Origin: a virus
Taxonomy: Duplodnaviria > Caudoviricetes
Virus record (IMG/VR): IMGVR_UViG_3300032073_000176
Coordinates: 1-28,418 of that record
Length of the DNA: 28,418 nt
Strand: one strand, 5' to 3'
Shown: piece by piece, positions 10,801-18,189 of the stretch
How positions within the stretch are numbered: the first letter of the stretch is position 1
How the letters are laid out: the number at the start of each line of letters is the position of its first letter
Program-made: the position numbers and the translations under genes
The notes under the pieces: generated by a model
Databases searched by the model: none
The model's input: only the letters and a program-made list of their open reading frames with translations
What the model was told of the DNA's origin: nothing

Positions 10801-13165
10801 ACTCAATCATTTTTTCGTATGTATATTTGTTACTAGGTATCCCACAAGTCTGGTCACTATTAATATAGTCTAAGTAAATACTAAGAAGGGTGGGGTACCC
10901 ACCTGCGTGTCCATCATCTATTGTTTGTCTGTTTTTAACATTTATTAAAACAGTCCAAAATTTTTGTGCAAATTCAAAAAATGATAGTTTAGTTGCGTCA
11001 GCTAAAATTTCTGTCCAATCTGGGCCCCCGTATCCTGGGTATGGAGAACTTAAAGCGTTGGGTCCGAAAGGACAACTATACCTTCTTGAATGGTTCCAGA
11101 CATCCCACTCCAACCCTTGTCCTACATTTAAAAATACGTCTACATTTTTTACATTAATAACTAACTTGTCATTTTTAGTTTGGTAGTTAGTTCCTCTATC
11201 AGCAAGATTTAGATATCTAAAATCATTGTTGTCTTTTTTAACCCAAGATTTTTTATTGTCTACAGTTCTAACAATAGGGAAACCTAGTTTAGAATCTGGA
11301 AATTTTCTGTAAAGTTGTAAATAAGGTTCACCGTATGTGAATTTATTTAATTTAGTTTTAATAAACGGTGTATTTCCAGTAAAAACTGAAGTAGTGTAAT
11401 CCACCACTTCTTTTCCTGTATGTTCTGTAGTTTCTTCAAACCAACCAGCTCCTGCTTGAAAATAAGCGTTTGGTCCGTATTTAGGAATTGTGGGGTACCC
11501 GTCTTTATCTACTGGTAAAGCACTGGGGTTTACAGTAGTATTCTTAGTTATAGTTTCATAACCCTGACTAAATCCTGTAACAATTATTGGTGGAAAAGAA
11601 TTTGTTGCGGCGGAAAAATAGGTTTGAAGTACTGGTTGTTCTTCAGTATATGTTCCTCCAGATATTTTTAATTCAAACTCTTTAAATTTTTGCATGTTCA
11701 TAGGTTGTCCTGCAACATAAACATGTTCGTTAAATTCTATTAATGCTTCAGGTGCTCCTACAAACCTTAACATAAATTCTATACCTCTTCTTGTACCCTT
11801 ACTCTTAAACAAATAAGCTGTATTCACTAATAATCTTCTATATAGTTCAAAATCTAGTTCTGAAGGGGTAGGACTTACACCCTGTGATGGATACTCTGGA
11901 TTTTCGTTCCTATTAAATAATGTATCTAAAAATCCTTCGTTTTTAATTGCTGAAGGAGTTCCCCATCCTAGTGTTTGAGCTAAGTTTTTTAATAACTCAT
12001 TAGGTACGTTATTTTGACTATCGTAAGTTACGTTAGTCATATAAGCTAGACCATCAATATATTTTTTTACATCATCAAAACTTCTACCGTAAATTTTTAA
12101 AATTTTATCTACCTTTTCATCATAAGTGTCAAATTCTTTAAATGCCGCAGTAGTTAAAAATCTAGAAACTAAATTTGTTTTGTAAGAATCAAAGGTGTCA
12201 GCAACATCAAATAATTGACTAAGATAAGCGTCAAAAAGAGAACCACTAATTATTATATTACCATCCTCAGTACTAGGCCATGTTATGAACGTTTTACCTT
12301 TTACTATTACACCATTAGCTCCCTCTTGGGGTTGTTGAAATTTAGCGGTATATATTGGATTGCTTTTTCTTTCTACTAAAAACTTTTCTATATCTTCTAA
12401 GGAATCAAAACTTTCTTCTATAGCTAATGTATTTGGTTTAATATGAAAAGTATCTACCGTACTAGATTGACCACTGAATGGGTTTCCTATTACTTTTATA
12501 TTTAAACTACCTAAATTAGTATTACCAGAAGTAGCTTGAATAAAACTTAAAGGATATTGTACATTGTTTAAATATAGTGAGTATTTTTTAAACGAAAAAA
12601 GTAAATTTCTTAATTCATTAAATTCATCACCTGTAGGTATTAGTGAAGCTTGAGTAAACTCCAAACCGAATGGGTTGAACAGTGTATATAAATTTAAGTT
12701 TAAATTAGTTTCGTTTGTACTGGGATTAAAAGTAATGTTTGTTGCGGTTTCTCCACTTAAGAAATCTGCCCAAGTTCTGAATTGGTCGAACTTCATAGAC
12801 GCGGGGAATTTTCTAATAACTTGTTGTACGGCTACTTTTAACCTTTCTCTTAGAGACCCATAAAGTGTGTAATTACTAACTTTACTCCTATCAAACTTTA
12901 TAAAAACTTCTAATTTGTTAGAGGCTAGTAATTTGGACTCACTAATGTCTGTAATTTGTAAAGTTTCTAAATTTATAGGTTCAGAAAAATTACCTAAAGA
13001 AAAATCTCTAGAGTTTTTTTGTGTGAAATTACTTGTAATACCAAAGTTTCCTAAAGTGAACTGGGATGTTCCATCAACAAACTGATTACCGACCAATTTG
13101 TCCCCAAATACATCTGCCCCATTTCCTGGGATAGGATTACTATTGTTGTTGTAAAGTCCTGACAT
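4856..13165 (-). CDS. Giant baseplate wedge protein (T4 gp7 / P2 gpI-like core) with long accessory C-terminal extension (2769 aa)
   Basis: VPNELLKNLAQTLGW...YRRLLVNTAYLFKSKGTRRGIEFMLRFVG (~11757-12110) is the characteristic gpI/gp7-type wedge motif; same operon as the gp25- and gp6-like genes; C-terminal part has Cys-rich and CBM5/12-like modules. Confidence 0.7.
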   Translation of the reverse strand: MSGLYNNNSNPIPGNGADVFGDKLVGNQFVDGTSQFTLGNFGITSNFTQKNSRDFSLGNFSEPINLETLQITDISESKLLASNKLEVFIKFDRSKVSNYTLYGSLRERLKVAVQQVIRKFPASMKFDQFRTWADFLSGETATNITFNPSTNETNLNLNLYTLFNPFGLEFTQASLIPTGDEFNELRNLLFSFKKYSLYLNNVQYPLSFIQATSGNTNLGSLNIKVIGNPFSGQSSTVDTFHIKPNTLAIEESFDSLEDIEKFLVERKSNPIYTAKFQQPQEGANGVIVKGKTFITWPSTEDGNIIISGSLFDAYLSQLFDVADTFDSYKTNLVSRFLTTAAFKEFDTYDEKVDKILKIYGRSFDDVKKYIDGLAYMTNVTYDSQNNVPNELLKNLAQTLGWGTPSAIKNEGFLDTLFNRNENPEYPSQGVSPTPSELDFELYRRLLVNTAYLFKSKGTRRGIEFMLRFVGAPEALIEFNEHVYVAGQPMNMQKFKEFELKISGGTYTEEQPVLQTYFSAATNSFPPIIVTGFSQGYETITKNTTVNPSALPVDKDGYPTIPKYGPNAYFQAGAGWFEETTEHTGKEVVDYTTSVFTGNTPFIKTKLNKFTYGEPYLQLYRKFPDSKLGFPIVRTVDNKKSWVKKDNNDFRYLNLADRGTNYQTKNDKLVINVKNVDVFLNVGQGLEWDVWNHSRRYSCPFGPNALSSPYPGYGGPDWTEILADATKLSFFEFAQKFWTVLINVKNRQTIDDGHAGGYPTLLSIYLDYINSDQTCGIPSNKYTYEKMIEYVENMGDYWIRLLEQLIPATTIWQGGVKYENSIFHRYKYAYKHGPLCDDLECFGSFVNCCYPISNDVLVNAFLDCGGLEFSGATWHNKITLGGVEYTGNTYYSSTTLYDIPSTQEWMQDMTYILSGITQDSTDSNSGLTYYQINDSVEPNMTSIREPNCIVIQGPCENGKDIWNYNNGSDAHTFKTEICLNIETNQVSPTPDKDIWVFYLFQDLGASQTNAAKVAIDNWVNSLGTSYTGNVYHLPVKNNRWLSWASLPKSGGTISIGTGTYFTNNGFTLPPGSGGSNYTIDPNVSDDVLMIGLIPDSRKSYNGQQDLNSCGYRTPQNDISDWSYGTNQPTSTYQTDFTEFSNTFNNYNTFQAFIYPVITGKPLPQSTLTFPLHLYGALTTSTVSPADLVENPTVTALGGSLAAITFSNPYTALTANNLSTGYSGPGLENFGFGTSYDAGTNICGGLTCNDLGFNVSCVSTPPYGTFDPSYFYTNGIFQSQLAQFLGPSAETTSNVCEICIPICYNDEFIDVNLYDSSVQYNYNDKVLDSQGNVYVWKGNDNSFTGLPSVDSEWVLLGPVDAIPFLGGNNFTEGEDCDNFDEVIEPLEVTGTTITTNPELFKDGIFNVGAQDCFVSTYSPCEELVDPCACDVTYGMFDVSSTLFELGDVVCCPGIPSEGITERKWVRTDNFGVCRDVALFIPSLCGEEPTIPKCWSLCDDETSGENRTTGGKWSKEQLYRPNKVPSLIVNDFVDPCDPEEPTEPTNRCLDCGDGDVKSMLLSLDFYDITPNQVPPKVLQFAMNEDQLGEIATSSFQLPGNKKPFKKARINLCCLADKLVHYFRVYNRLGPVPSNPQEISYGHVEVNYDIEQNTIIEFYYQPGVFGLGGDGDVIDKLFMYVPPSTNQIQSTPVNIVDNPSVGNFLSTQFTEFASFFTSLNEICIQIGRKNSQQQLSFFKLRKYPDSMYLTDNGTGTGNVEFNDIFDRYWAFSKTGGMGQGLYGAIESKEIIKVVGSTQPDWALLRNSNFRYNWEMRMSCKGKEYQDINFVPNMVDNSALYTNGDVPFSMGCGTDMRTPIVNQNESSNRVPVRVSDLATKGNTFNVPVEKAMEETGVNKDNLKNYEVRSSEMYIISNTNPLRQSRNIEYNSPVTITNTNGPTSETFIENNRKRIKLGWLDKVAKGSDNNLIIEFVSTENQSRFSQDIKQKSVGNGVLTLPNEEELPSSRNRREEDNVSFYNSTDNRSLDIIVNDPDEPTSRQYVTYTDLRDWAINSVGEIKDLSNKQILYTSGGLVQGFQIGPTYTTNVANSQYISGIVPIGDVETEFLISTLGSFDDYVRNQTGSTSSGLTISLSGINTNYSGYTNLSGYTDNQEQNISPDFVFDISLKGSSMSLGSNIAMSDPIMGEFRLIGDDRELHPSIPLPLVDREPVLFNLTRQEVSEGGEYFYYKIPKTQNYRLQYKSHLKLEYFDEGWCEYLNVYRNLTENTFPNNDYEFKQLINSSILYNGGFASAPVEYQEGNIANNYTQPYGYLTPVFGYSPNQGFGNFNTTVYIEKISSGTTSATTLGKYTVASNPTTTPSANETLILPYNDSDKFTDLYQCTGTTGTTAIFTKECNLYIDTGCVTLNEGDEVRLKVEINWDSTTKAFSGSTTGTSVNLTLGSDYTTTPESRPWFRVINKECNVTTSNNYLYWQPNEDSVLTESFIDGKNIPPSPNDNKGKLILLNSIEEETNYLIPKVNKNNLNDLTYLDIPAEKNYKGPLKLIPTAEKTNNWVKAIEEGRITDYRINDVKLLNINKGSEVKWNIPVNVNNKVESISLDDSSHTFVVQSTVGVKGTDKSFDIINSLEPNITTESIKEPSNESETLLDRGTISYISSRPLEDRTIDFRENHTIIRDKVIIVESGVYDKDTPTPTPSRGEYCKCGKNTYLEVPKTSNYPCSKWCCATDYNGTEYYGCKGKTPAQWIDGLYRDTNISTRPLIITEGKPPGVIRF

Positions 13166-14076
13166 TACTGTTGTGCAATATTATTAAACGCTTTTGTAAA
13201 GTCTATATTATTACCTCTATCTTGTCTCACCTCGTATAGTGGTGCTCCAAATTGGTCTCTTGTTTCGTATAAATTATATTGTTTATAAATATTATTACTA
13301 CTATCGTAAATAGTGTAGATTCCATCACTAAGTGACTTGGTTTGATTACCATATAAAGCTATACCTAAACTATCTATATCGTAGTCTACCATTTCTATTT
13401 CAATATGTACTGGATTAAAATGTGTGTTAGTTACTATGACTGATTGTGCTGGTTGACCTATAAAAGGTAAAGCAGTGGGTTTATTTGAAGGAGCTGATGT
13501 TGGTGTTAGTGTACAAAATAAAAGGTTACTTCCTCCGTTAATGTATCTATATCTGATAGCTTTTTGGTTACTATTTGTTAAATTTTGAGTTATAGGTTCA
13601 CAAAAAAATGAAGAAGTGATTAACCTATAAAAATTAGGTATTTTAGTACCGTCTTCATTTAAATATTCAATTCTATATCCCACTAAACCATTATTTACAA
13701 ATTTATTTCTAGATTCAGTAGGGACATTATTTAGGTCGAACACTAATCCTTTTACGTTAGGTAATGAAGAAAGTACCCCACAATCAGTAATTGTAGTTCT
13801 AATTTCTAGTGGTCTAATTATAAGATTGTATATGCCTTTACTACTAAAATCATTAAAAGGTAATCGTAAATTATACATCCCACCTAATAGTTCAATACCC
13901 GTATTTCCTCCTGTCTCAGTATTGTGGTAGTATGGTGTCAATATACTTTTAGCGTCTAATTTTTTTATTGTAGCATTTTCTACCGATTCTCGTGATTCTG
14001 TATATAAAGAAAGTATTTCAACATTTTCAGGAGAAACGTCTGACAATCTTTTAATTCCATAAGTACCTAAAGCCAT
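13165..14076 (-). CDS. Phage structural protein of unknown function, probable baseplate component (303 aa)
   Basis: Long ORF, TAATG-coupled to the 2769-aa gene; globular composition; function inferred from position only. Confidence 0.6.
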   Translation of the reverse strand: MALGTYGIKRLSDVSPENVEILSLYTESRESVENATIKKLDAKSILTPYYHNTETGGNTGIELLGGMYNLRLPFNDFSSKGIYNLIIRPLEIRTTITDCGVLSSLPNVKGLVFDLNNVPTESRNKFVNNGLVGYRIEYLNEDGTKIPNFYRLITSSFFCEPITQNLTNSNQKAIRYRYINGGSNLLFCTLTPTSAPSNKPTALPFIGQPAQSVIVTNTHFNPVHIEIEMVDYDIDSLGIALYGNQTKSLSDGIYTIYDSSNNIYKQYNLYETRDQFGAPLYEVRQDRGNNIDFTKAFNNIAQQ

Positions 14077-14082
14077 TTTATA

Positions 14083-16590
14083 TTATATTTGTTCTTTTAT
14101 GTTATAAAACCCATAACCATAAATTATAAGTCCACCAATAGTTCTAACTTCACCTAATCTTTGGTTTGTTTCAAACACTGATTGTTTACCTCTTTCAATA
14201 AATACTTCTGATTGTATTTCTGTTGGTTGACAAACGTTCATTAATACTTCTTCTTTTACTAAAGGTTCTCTACATAATTCCATTAAAGAACCATCTAAGA
14301 AATTAGTCCCTTCTTCTGGAAAGTCTAAAGAGTATAAACAACTACCATCATCTAACGTCGCGTTAGGGTTAAAATTTATAGCGTTAGGGTCTGTACAACC
14401 TTCCGTACTATATACACAACTTCCATCATCGGTATTAGCTAATGGACTATAGTTTAAAGCGTTCGGGTCTGTACAACCAGGACCTTCACCAGGTATACTA
14501 TAATCACAACAAGTTATATCTGGGATTAAATTATTTAAAACAAAACTCGCGGTTACTGGTTGTGGGAGTGGGGTTGGGTTTATGTTAGGGTTCTGGACAT
14601 TTACTGCCATTGCTTGAGCTTGTAAACTAAATCCACCACATACTGGAGTAGTGTTGTAATTAGTTGCTAAGGGGTCAACACAACCAAATGCATATACACA
14701 TGTGTCTTGTACATGAATTGTAGCATCTTGATTAAAATTTAAAGCTGAAAATCCTGGGTATTGTGGGGAAGGCCAAACCCCTCCATTTGTCACCCCACCA
14801 TCATCTTTACAACCAGGTATTGTGATTTGACTACAACTACCATCATCTGTTAATGTAACTACTGGATTGGTAGATACGAATCCACCGTTAGGTAAATTAG
14901 GGTTTAATGGTATTCCACCTAAAGGAGAGACCCCACTAACCGGTCCACAATTCCAAACATTTAAAGACGGGTCTGCACAGGGTTGACCTGTAGCTGGGTC
15001 CATACAAAAATTAGCGTTATCTGGTGCATTACCAGGTCCAGTATCTATAGTACAAAAATAATTATTTTGATTTCCACTATTGAAGGTGGAGTCGGCACAC
15101 CCGAATTCTTGAAAGTTACAACATGACACGTCATTTGTCCCATTAGGGTCAACTGCGTTACCTTCACAATCTAAAATATTCAGTGGTGAATAATTAGAGG
15201 CACCTGGTAGTGTACAACCTTGATTGTTACACTGACAAAGTGGTTTATCACCACTATTTGTTACATCATTACCACTTTTATCCCAAAATTGGCCATAACC
15301 GTATAAATCAGAGTTAGGTCTATTTGAATTCATTTGGTTCCATGCCGATGTTGAAAGTTCTCCACTTCCACCACAAGCGTCCCATATTTCTTTATAACAA
15401 GTATTACCGTTTTCTGGGTCGTACCCAGTAGTTACAATTTGTGGTGAACCCATAGGATAGTAATTTAAATAATTGGGTGACGTTTCATCATCATCAATAC
15501 ATACACTACAATTAAATCCATTACCATAACAAGTGCCAGCACCACCATTACAGTTTCCACTTGAATCTGCTTTATTTGTTTGAGACATCCCATCACAATT
15601 TAATAGTGCTTGAGAATTATAACTACCGAAATTAGGGTCTTTACACCCAAAACTAACAAATGTACAACAACCGTCAAAGTCCATAAAACTACTGGTGGGT
15701 CCACCTACTTCTGTTATATCAAAACTACTTTTTCTGTGCCACAAATGAGATTCGTCGTTTGTTAATCCTCCTTTTTGGCCCCAAGCGTTAGTATCGTTCA
15801 TTTGTGGGTGTAGATAACCTTCAAACCCATCCTGACTTAGTTTAAATCCCACTCCGCCTATAAAGATTTGAGTAGATTTTGATTGATTGTTGGGGTCCCT
15901 ACTACCAGAACGAGTCCATATTAATTTACTTCCCGACGCTCCCGCGTTTCCTTGACTATCATATTCTGGTGGTTCACAATCAAAATAAGCTTCTCGACTA
16001 AAATTACAAGGAGGGTAGTCAGCTAATGAAGTATTAATACCTGAAACAGCCCAATCTTCAAAATAACTTTGTGTTAATTGCATACAATTTGACTGACATG
16101 TTCCGTTGGGTGAACCAATATAACCTCTACTTCCCGGAGTTGTATTATTAGTTATAATTCCAAATGAATTAGGATTAGTACATCCAAAAGCATTATTTAA
16201 ACCAAAATAACATTGGTGCCAACTCTTTTCCCAACCACTTCCCCAAAAAGTTTTGCATGGTTGCCTATCATTTTGTAGACCACTACCCTCCCTTGAAACG
16301 TGTGGTCTCCAGACCTGATTAGGACATCCTTTACAATTTCCTCCAATCGCGAAAGCGGTAACAAAAGGGACATAATTATACGAATATTTCCACTGTGCGG
16401 TATCATCTATTCTAGACATCATATCACAACAAAATCCTCTAGAAGCACCGTCATTACCAGTGTTAAACCCTTTATGGCCATTGTTAGGATTACCTGCACA
16501 ATCACTATTGGCTACTGGTAAATCAATTACACCCGCATTAGGGTAATAAGCACCACAAGGATTTCCTTTTCCATCGTTCTTACCAGCCAT
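14083..16590 (-). CDS. Cys/Gly/Asn-rich virion protein with GCTDPxAxN[YF]...DDGSC repeats (835 aa)
   Basis: Two canonical repeats (GCTDPNALNYSPLANTDDGSCVY, GCTDPNAINFNPNATLDDGSCLY) and about five degenerate copies; nearly Cys-free ~60-aa C-terminal segment (EPLVKEEVL...YGYGFYNI); no signal peptide visible. Confidence 0.7.
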   Translation of the reverse strand: MAGKNDGKGNPCGAYYPNAGVIDLPVANSDCAGNPNNGHKGFNTGNDGASRGFCCDMMSRIDDTAQWKYSYNYVPFVTAFAIGGNCKGCPNQVWRPHVSREGSGLQNDRQPCKTFWGSGWEKSWHQCYFGLNNAFGCTNPNSFGIITNNTTPGSRGYIGSPNGTCQSNCMQLTQSYFEDWAVSGINTSLADYPPCNFSREAYFDCEPPEYDSQGNAGASGSKLIWTRSGSRDPNNQSKSTQIFIGGVGFKLSQDGFEGYLHPQMNDTNAWGQKGGLTNDESHLWHRKSSFDITEVGGPTSSFMDFDGCCTFVSFGCKDPNFGSYNSQALLNCDGMSQTNKADSSGNCNGGAGTCYGNGFNCSVCIDDDETSPNYLNYYPMGSPQIVTTGYDPENGNTCYKEIWDACGGSGELSTSAWNQMNSNRPNSDLYGYGQFWDKSGNDVTNSGDKPLCQCNNQGCTLPGASNYSPLNILDCEGNAVDPNGTNDVSCCNFQEFGCADSTFNSGNQNNYFCTIDTGPGNAPDNANFCMDPATGQPCADPSLNVWNCGPVSGVSPLGGIPLNPNLPNGGFVSTNPVVTLTDDGSCSQITIPGCKDDGGVTNGGVWPSPQYPGFSALNFNQDATIHVQDTCVYAFGCVDPLATNYNTTPVCGGFSLQAQAMAVNVQNPNINPTPLPQPVTASFVLNNLIPDITCCDYSIPGEGPGCTDPNALNYSPLANTDDGSCVYSTEGCTDPNAINFNPNATLDDGSCLYSLDFPEEGTNFLDGSLMELCREPLVKEEVLMNVCQPTEIQSEVFIERGKQSVFETNQRLGEVRTIGGLIIYGYGFYNIKEQI
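14332..14478. repeat. Imperfect 78-nt (26-aa) tandem coding repeat
   Basis: gcgttagggtctgtacaacc at 14381-14400 and gcgttcgggtctgtacaacc at 14459-14478, 78 nt apart; these encode the two canonical GCTDP units. Confidence 0.85.
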
Positions 16591-16602
16591 TTTTTATTAA
16601 AT

Positions 16603-18189
16603 TTATTGCCATAACGAATACGTTAATAAGTTTATTCCCGAAATATTTTCCCAATGAGACAAATTAAATGTAGGGTTGGTTGTATAACCACCCGCCCACA
16701 CTACACCGTCTGAGTCTTGATAGGGTACTATATCTTGAGTATTAGAGTCCACATAAGTTAAATCTATCCAACTAGGACAGCCCTCAACTAGGGTTTGGGT
16801 GTTAGTTGTAACATCTATAACTCGCGTACCTTTAAATGTATATGTGTTTCCTTGGTAGTAAACCTTTTCATCCATTTGTAAATTAATAGCAGGATTATAT
16901 TCTGTTGTACCCTCATTGGGGGTAACTTCCATATTAGAAGACCTACGTTCATCCCTACAAGGTAGACATGCTTGCCATTCAGGACTACCATAATTAGGAG
17001 TGGATTTACAAGAAAAAATTAAAGCATTCTTGGGTTGACAATACCAACAACAACCATCATAAGCGACGGTAGTACCTTGTACGTATTCTATATTTGAGTC
17101 CCAAGAACCTTTGGGAATTGTTTTTCCAAATTCTTTACAGTCACAACCTAACACATATTCTTCTTCATTACAACATTCCCATTCTAGATTGTTTACATTC
17201 CAACCATCACTTTGTGCTGCAAAGTACACATCATTAAAACTATAGGCTGTGTAGTTAATTTGATTAATTGTATATGCGGTATATTCTTCGTTACTTTCAG
17301 TAATGAATCCTTCAGCCTCTTCAGTTAAAGCAACATTTTGCCCAATAGGTGGTAAAGACCCGTCTCCGTAACTTTGGAACATTCCTAGTGTATTATTAGT
17401 TGTTGTGCCTGTAACACTAAATGGAGTTTGAACATAGTTAGAACTAAAGTAGTCGTAAACATCTGGATTACTATCACCACTGTAAATGTAATTTTGTGGT
17501 ATTTCCACACAAGCTATGGGTGAACCTACGTTAGGTGGTTTAATTTCTACGGTTCCAAAAACGTTAGGTATGTTGATTTGAGTCGTATAAGGTAAGTTTA
17601 TAATTTTACTTATTTTAGTAGTTCCCCAGGGATTTACTTGACTTACAGTGATTTTATATTCTCCAGGTGTAGAGTAAGTATGAGTGACATTTGCAGGGTT
17701 ACTGTTCATAATATCGGTATTTCCATCACCCCAATCCACATTAAAACTACCAAAAGTTAAAAATCTTTTAAATTCTGTATCTGAAGTATTCGTAACTGTA
17801 ACCAATAAATTATCAGCTGTATATAAAAAATTATTAATAACATTTCTTTGTATAGCTAACCCGTCAAACGGTGTGTAAACACCAATGTCATTAAAATCTT
17901 CTGTTATTATAATAGGAACTGTAAATCCTGTTAAACAAGGTGGTGGTGATGGTAATTCATTTTGACCTGTCTGTGGGTCTACCCATTTTTTACACCAATA
18001 GTTTTCTCTAATTTCTGCATTCCAGTAATTACAATAACCGTTGTTATTAAAGTAACAATTACCACAATTTTGCCCTGATGGTACTCCACTAGAAGTCTGA
18101 GAAATATAAGTAGACGGTAAGGCAGGACTTAAAGCTTCTGTTTCTCCAGGATAGAATAATCTTTTAATTTTAAATTTGTAATCTTCCAT
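16603..18189 (-). CDS. Baseplate-module structural protein with HiPIP-like 4-Cys motif, PKD domain and CBM5/12-like modules (528 aa)
   Basis: GQNCGNCYF...YCNYW...NYWCKKW (aa 39-69); PKD signature FNVDWGDG...VTHTYSTPGEYKITVS; WDSNIEYVQGTTVAYDG...W resembles CBM5/12. Confidence 0.7.
   Translation of the reverse strand: MEDYKFKIKRLFYPGETEALSPALPSTYISQTSSGVPSGQNCGNCYFNNNGYCNYWNAEIRENYWCKKWVDPQTGQNELPSPPPCLTGFTVPIIITEDFNDIGVYTPFDGLAIQRNVINNFLYTADNLLVTVTNTSDTEFKRFLTFGSFNVDWGDGNTDIMNSNPANVTHTYSTPGEYKITVSQVNPWGTTKISKIINLPYTTQINIPNVFGTVEIKPPNVGSPIACVEIPQNYIYSGDSNPDVYDYFSSNYVQTPFSVTGTTTNNTLGMFQSYGDGSLPPIGQNVALTEEAEGFITESNEEYTAYTINQINYTAYSFNDVYFAAQSDGWNVNNLEWECCNEEEYVLGCDCKEFGKTIPKGSWDSNIEYVQGTTVAYDGCCWYCQPKNALIFSCKSTPNYGSPEWQACLPCRDERRSSNMEVTPNEGTTEYNPAINLQMDEKVYYQGNTYTFKGTRVIDVTTNTQTLVEGCPSWIDLTYVDSNTQDIVPYQDSDGVVWAGGYTTNPTFNLSHWENISGINLLTYSLWQ

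Noticed and set aside
14332-14478. Repeats as a CRISPR array or DGR template/variable pair
   Set aside because: In-frame coding repeats with no spacers; differences are not adenine-specific; no reverse transcriptase or cas gene seen.
16197-16406. Alternate-frame minus-strand ORFs 16197-16406 and 21052-21237
   Set aside because: Nested in larger genes, short, no motif and no frameshift signal noticed.
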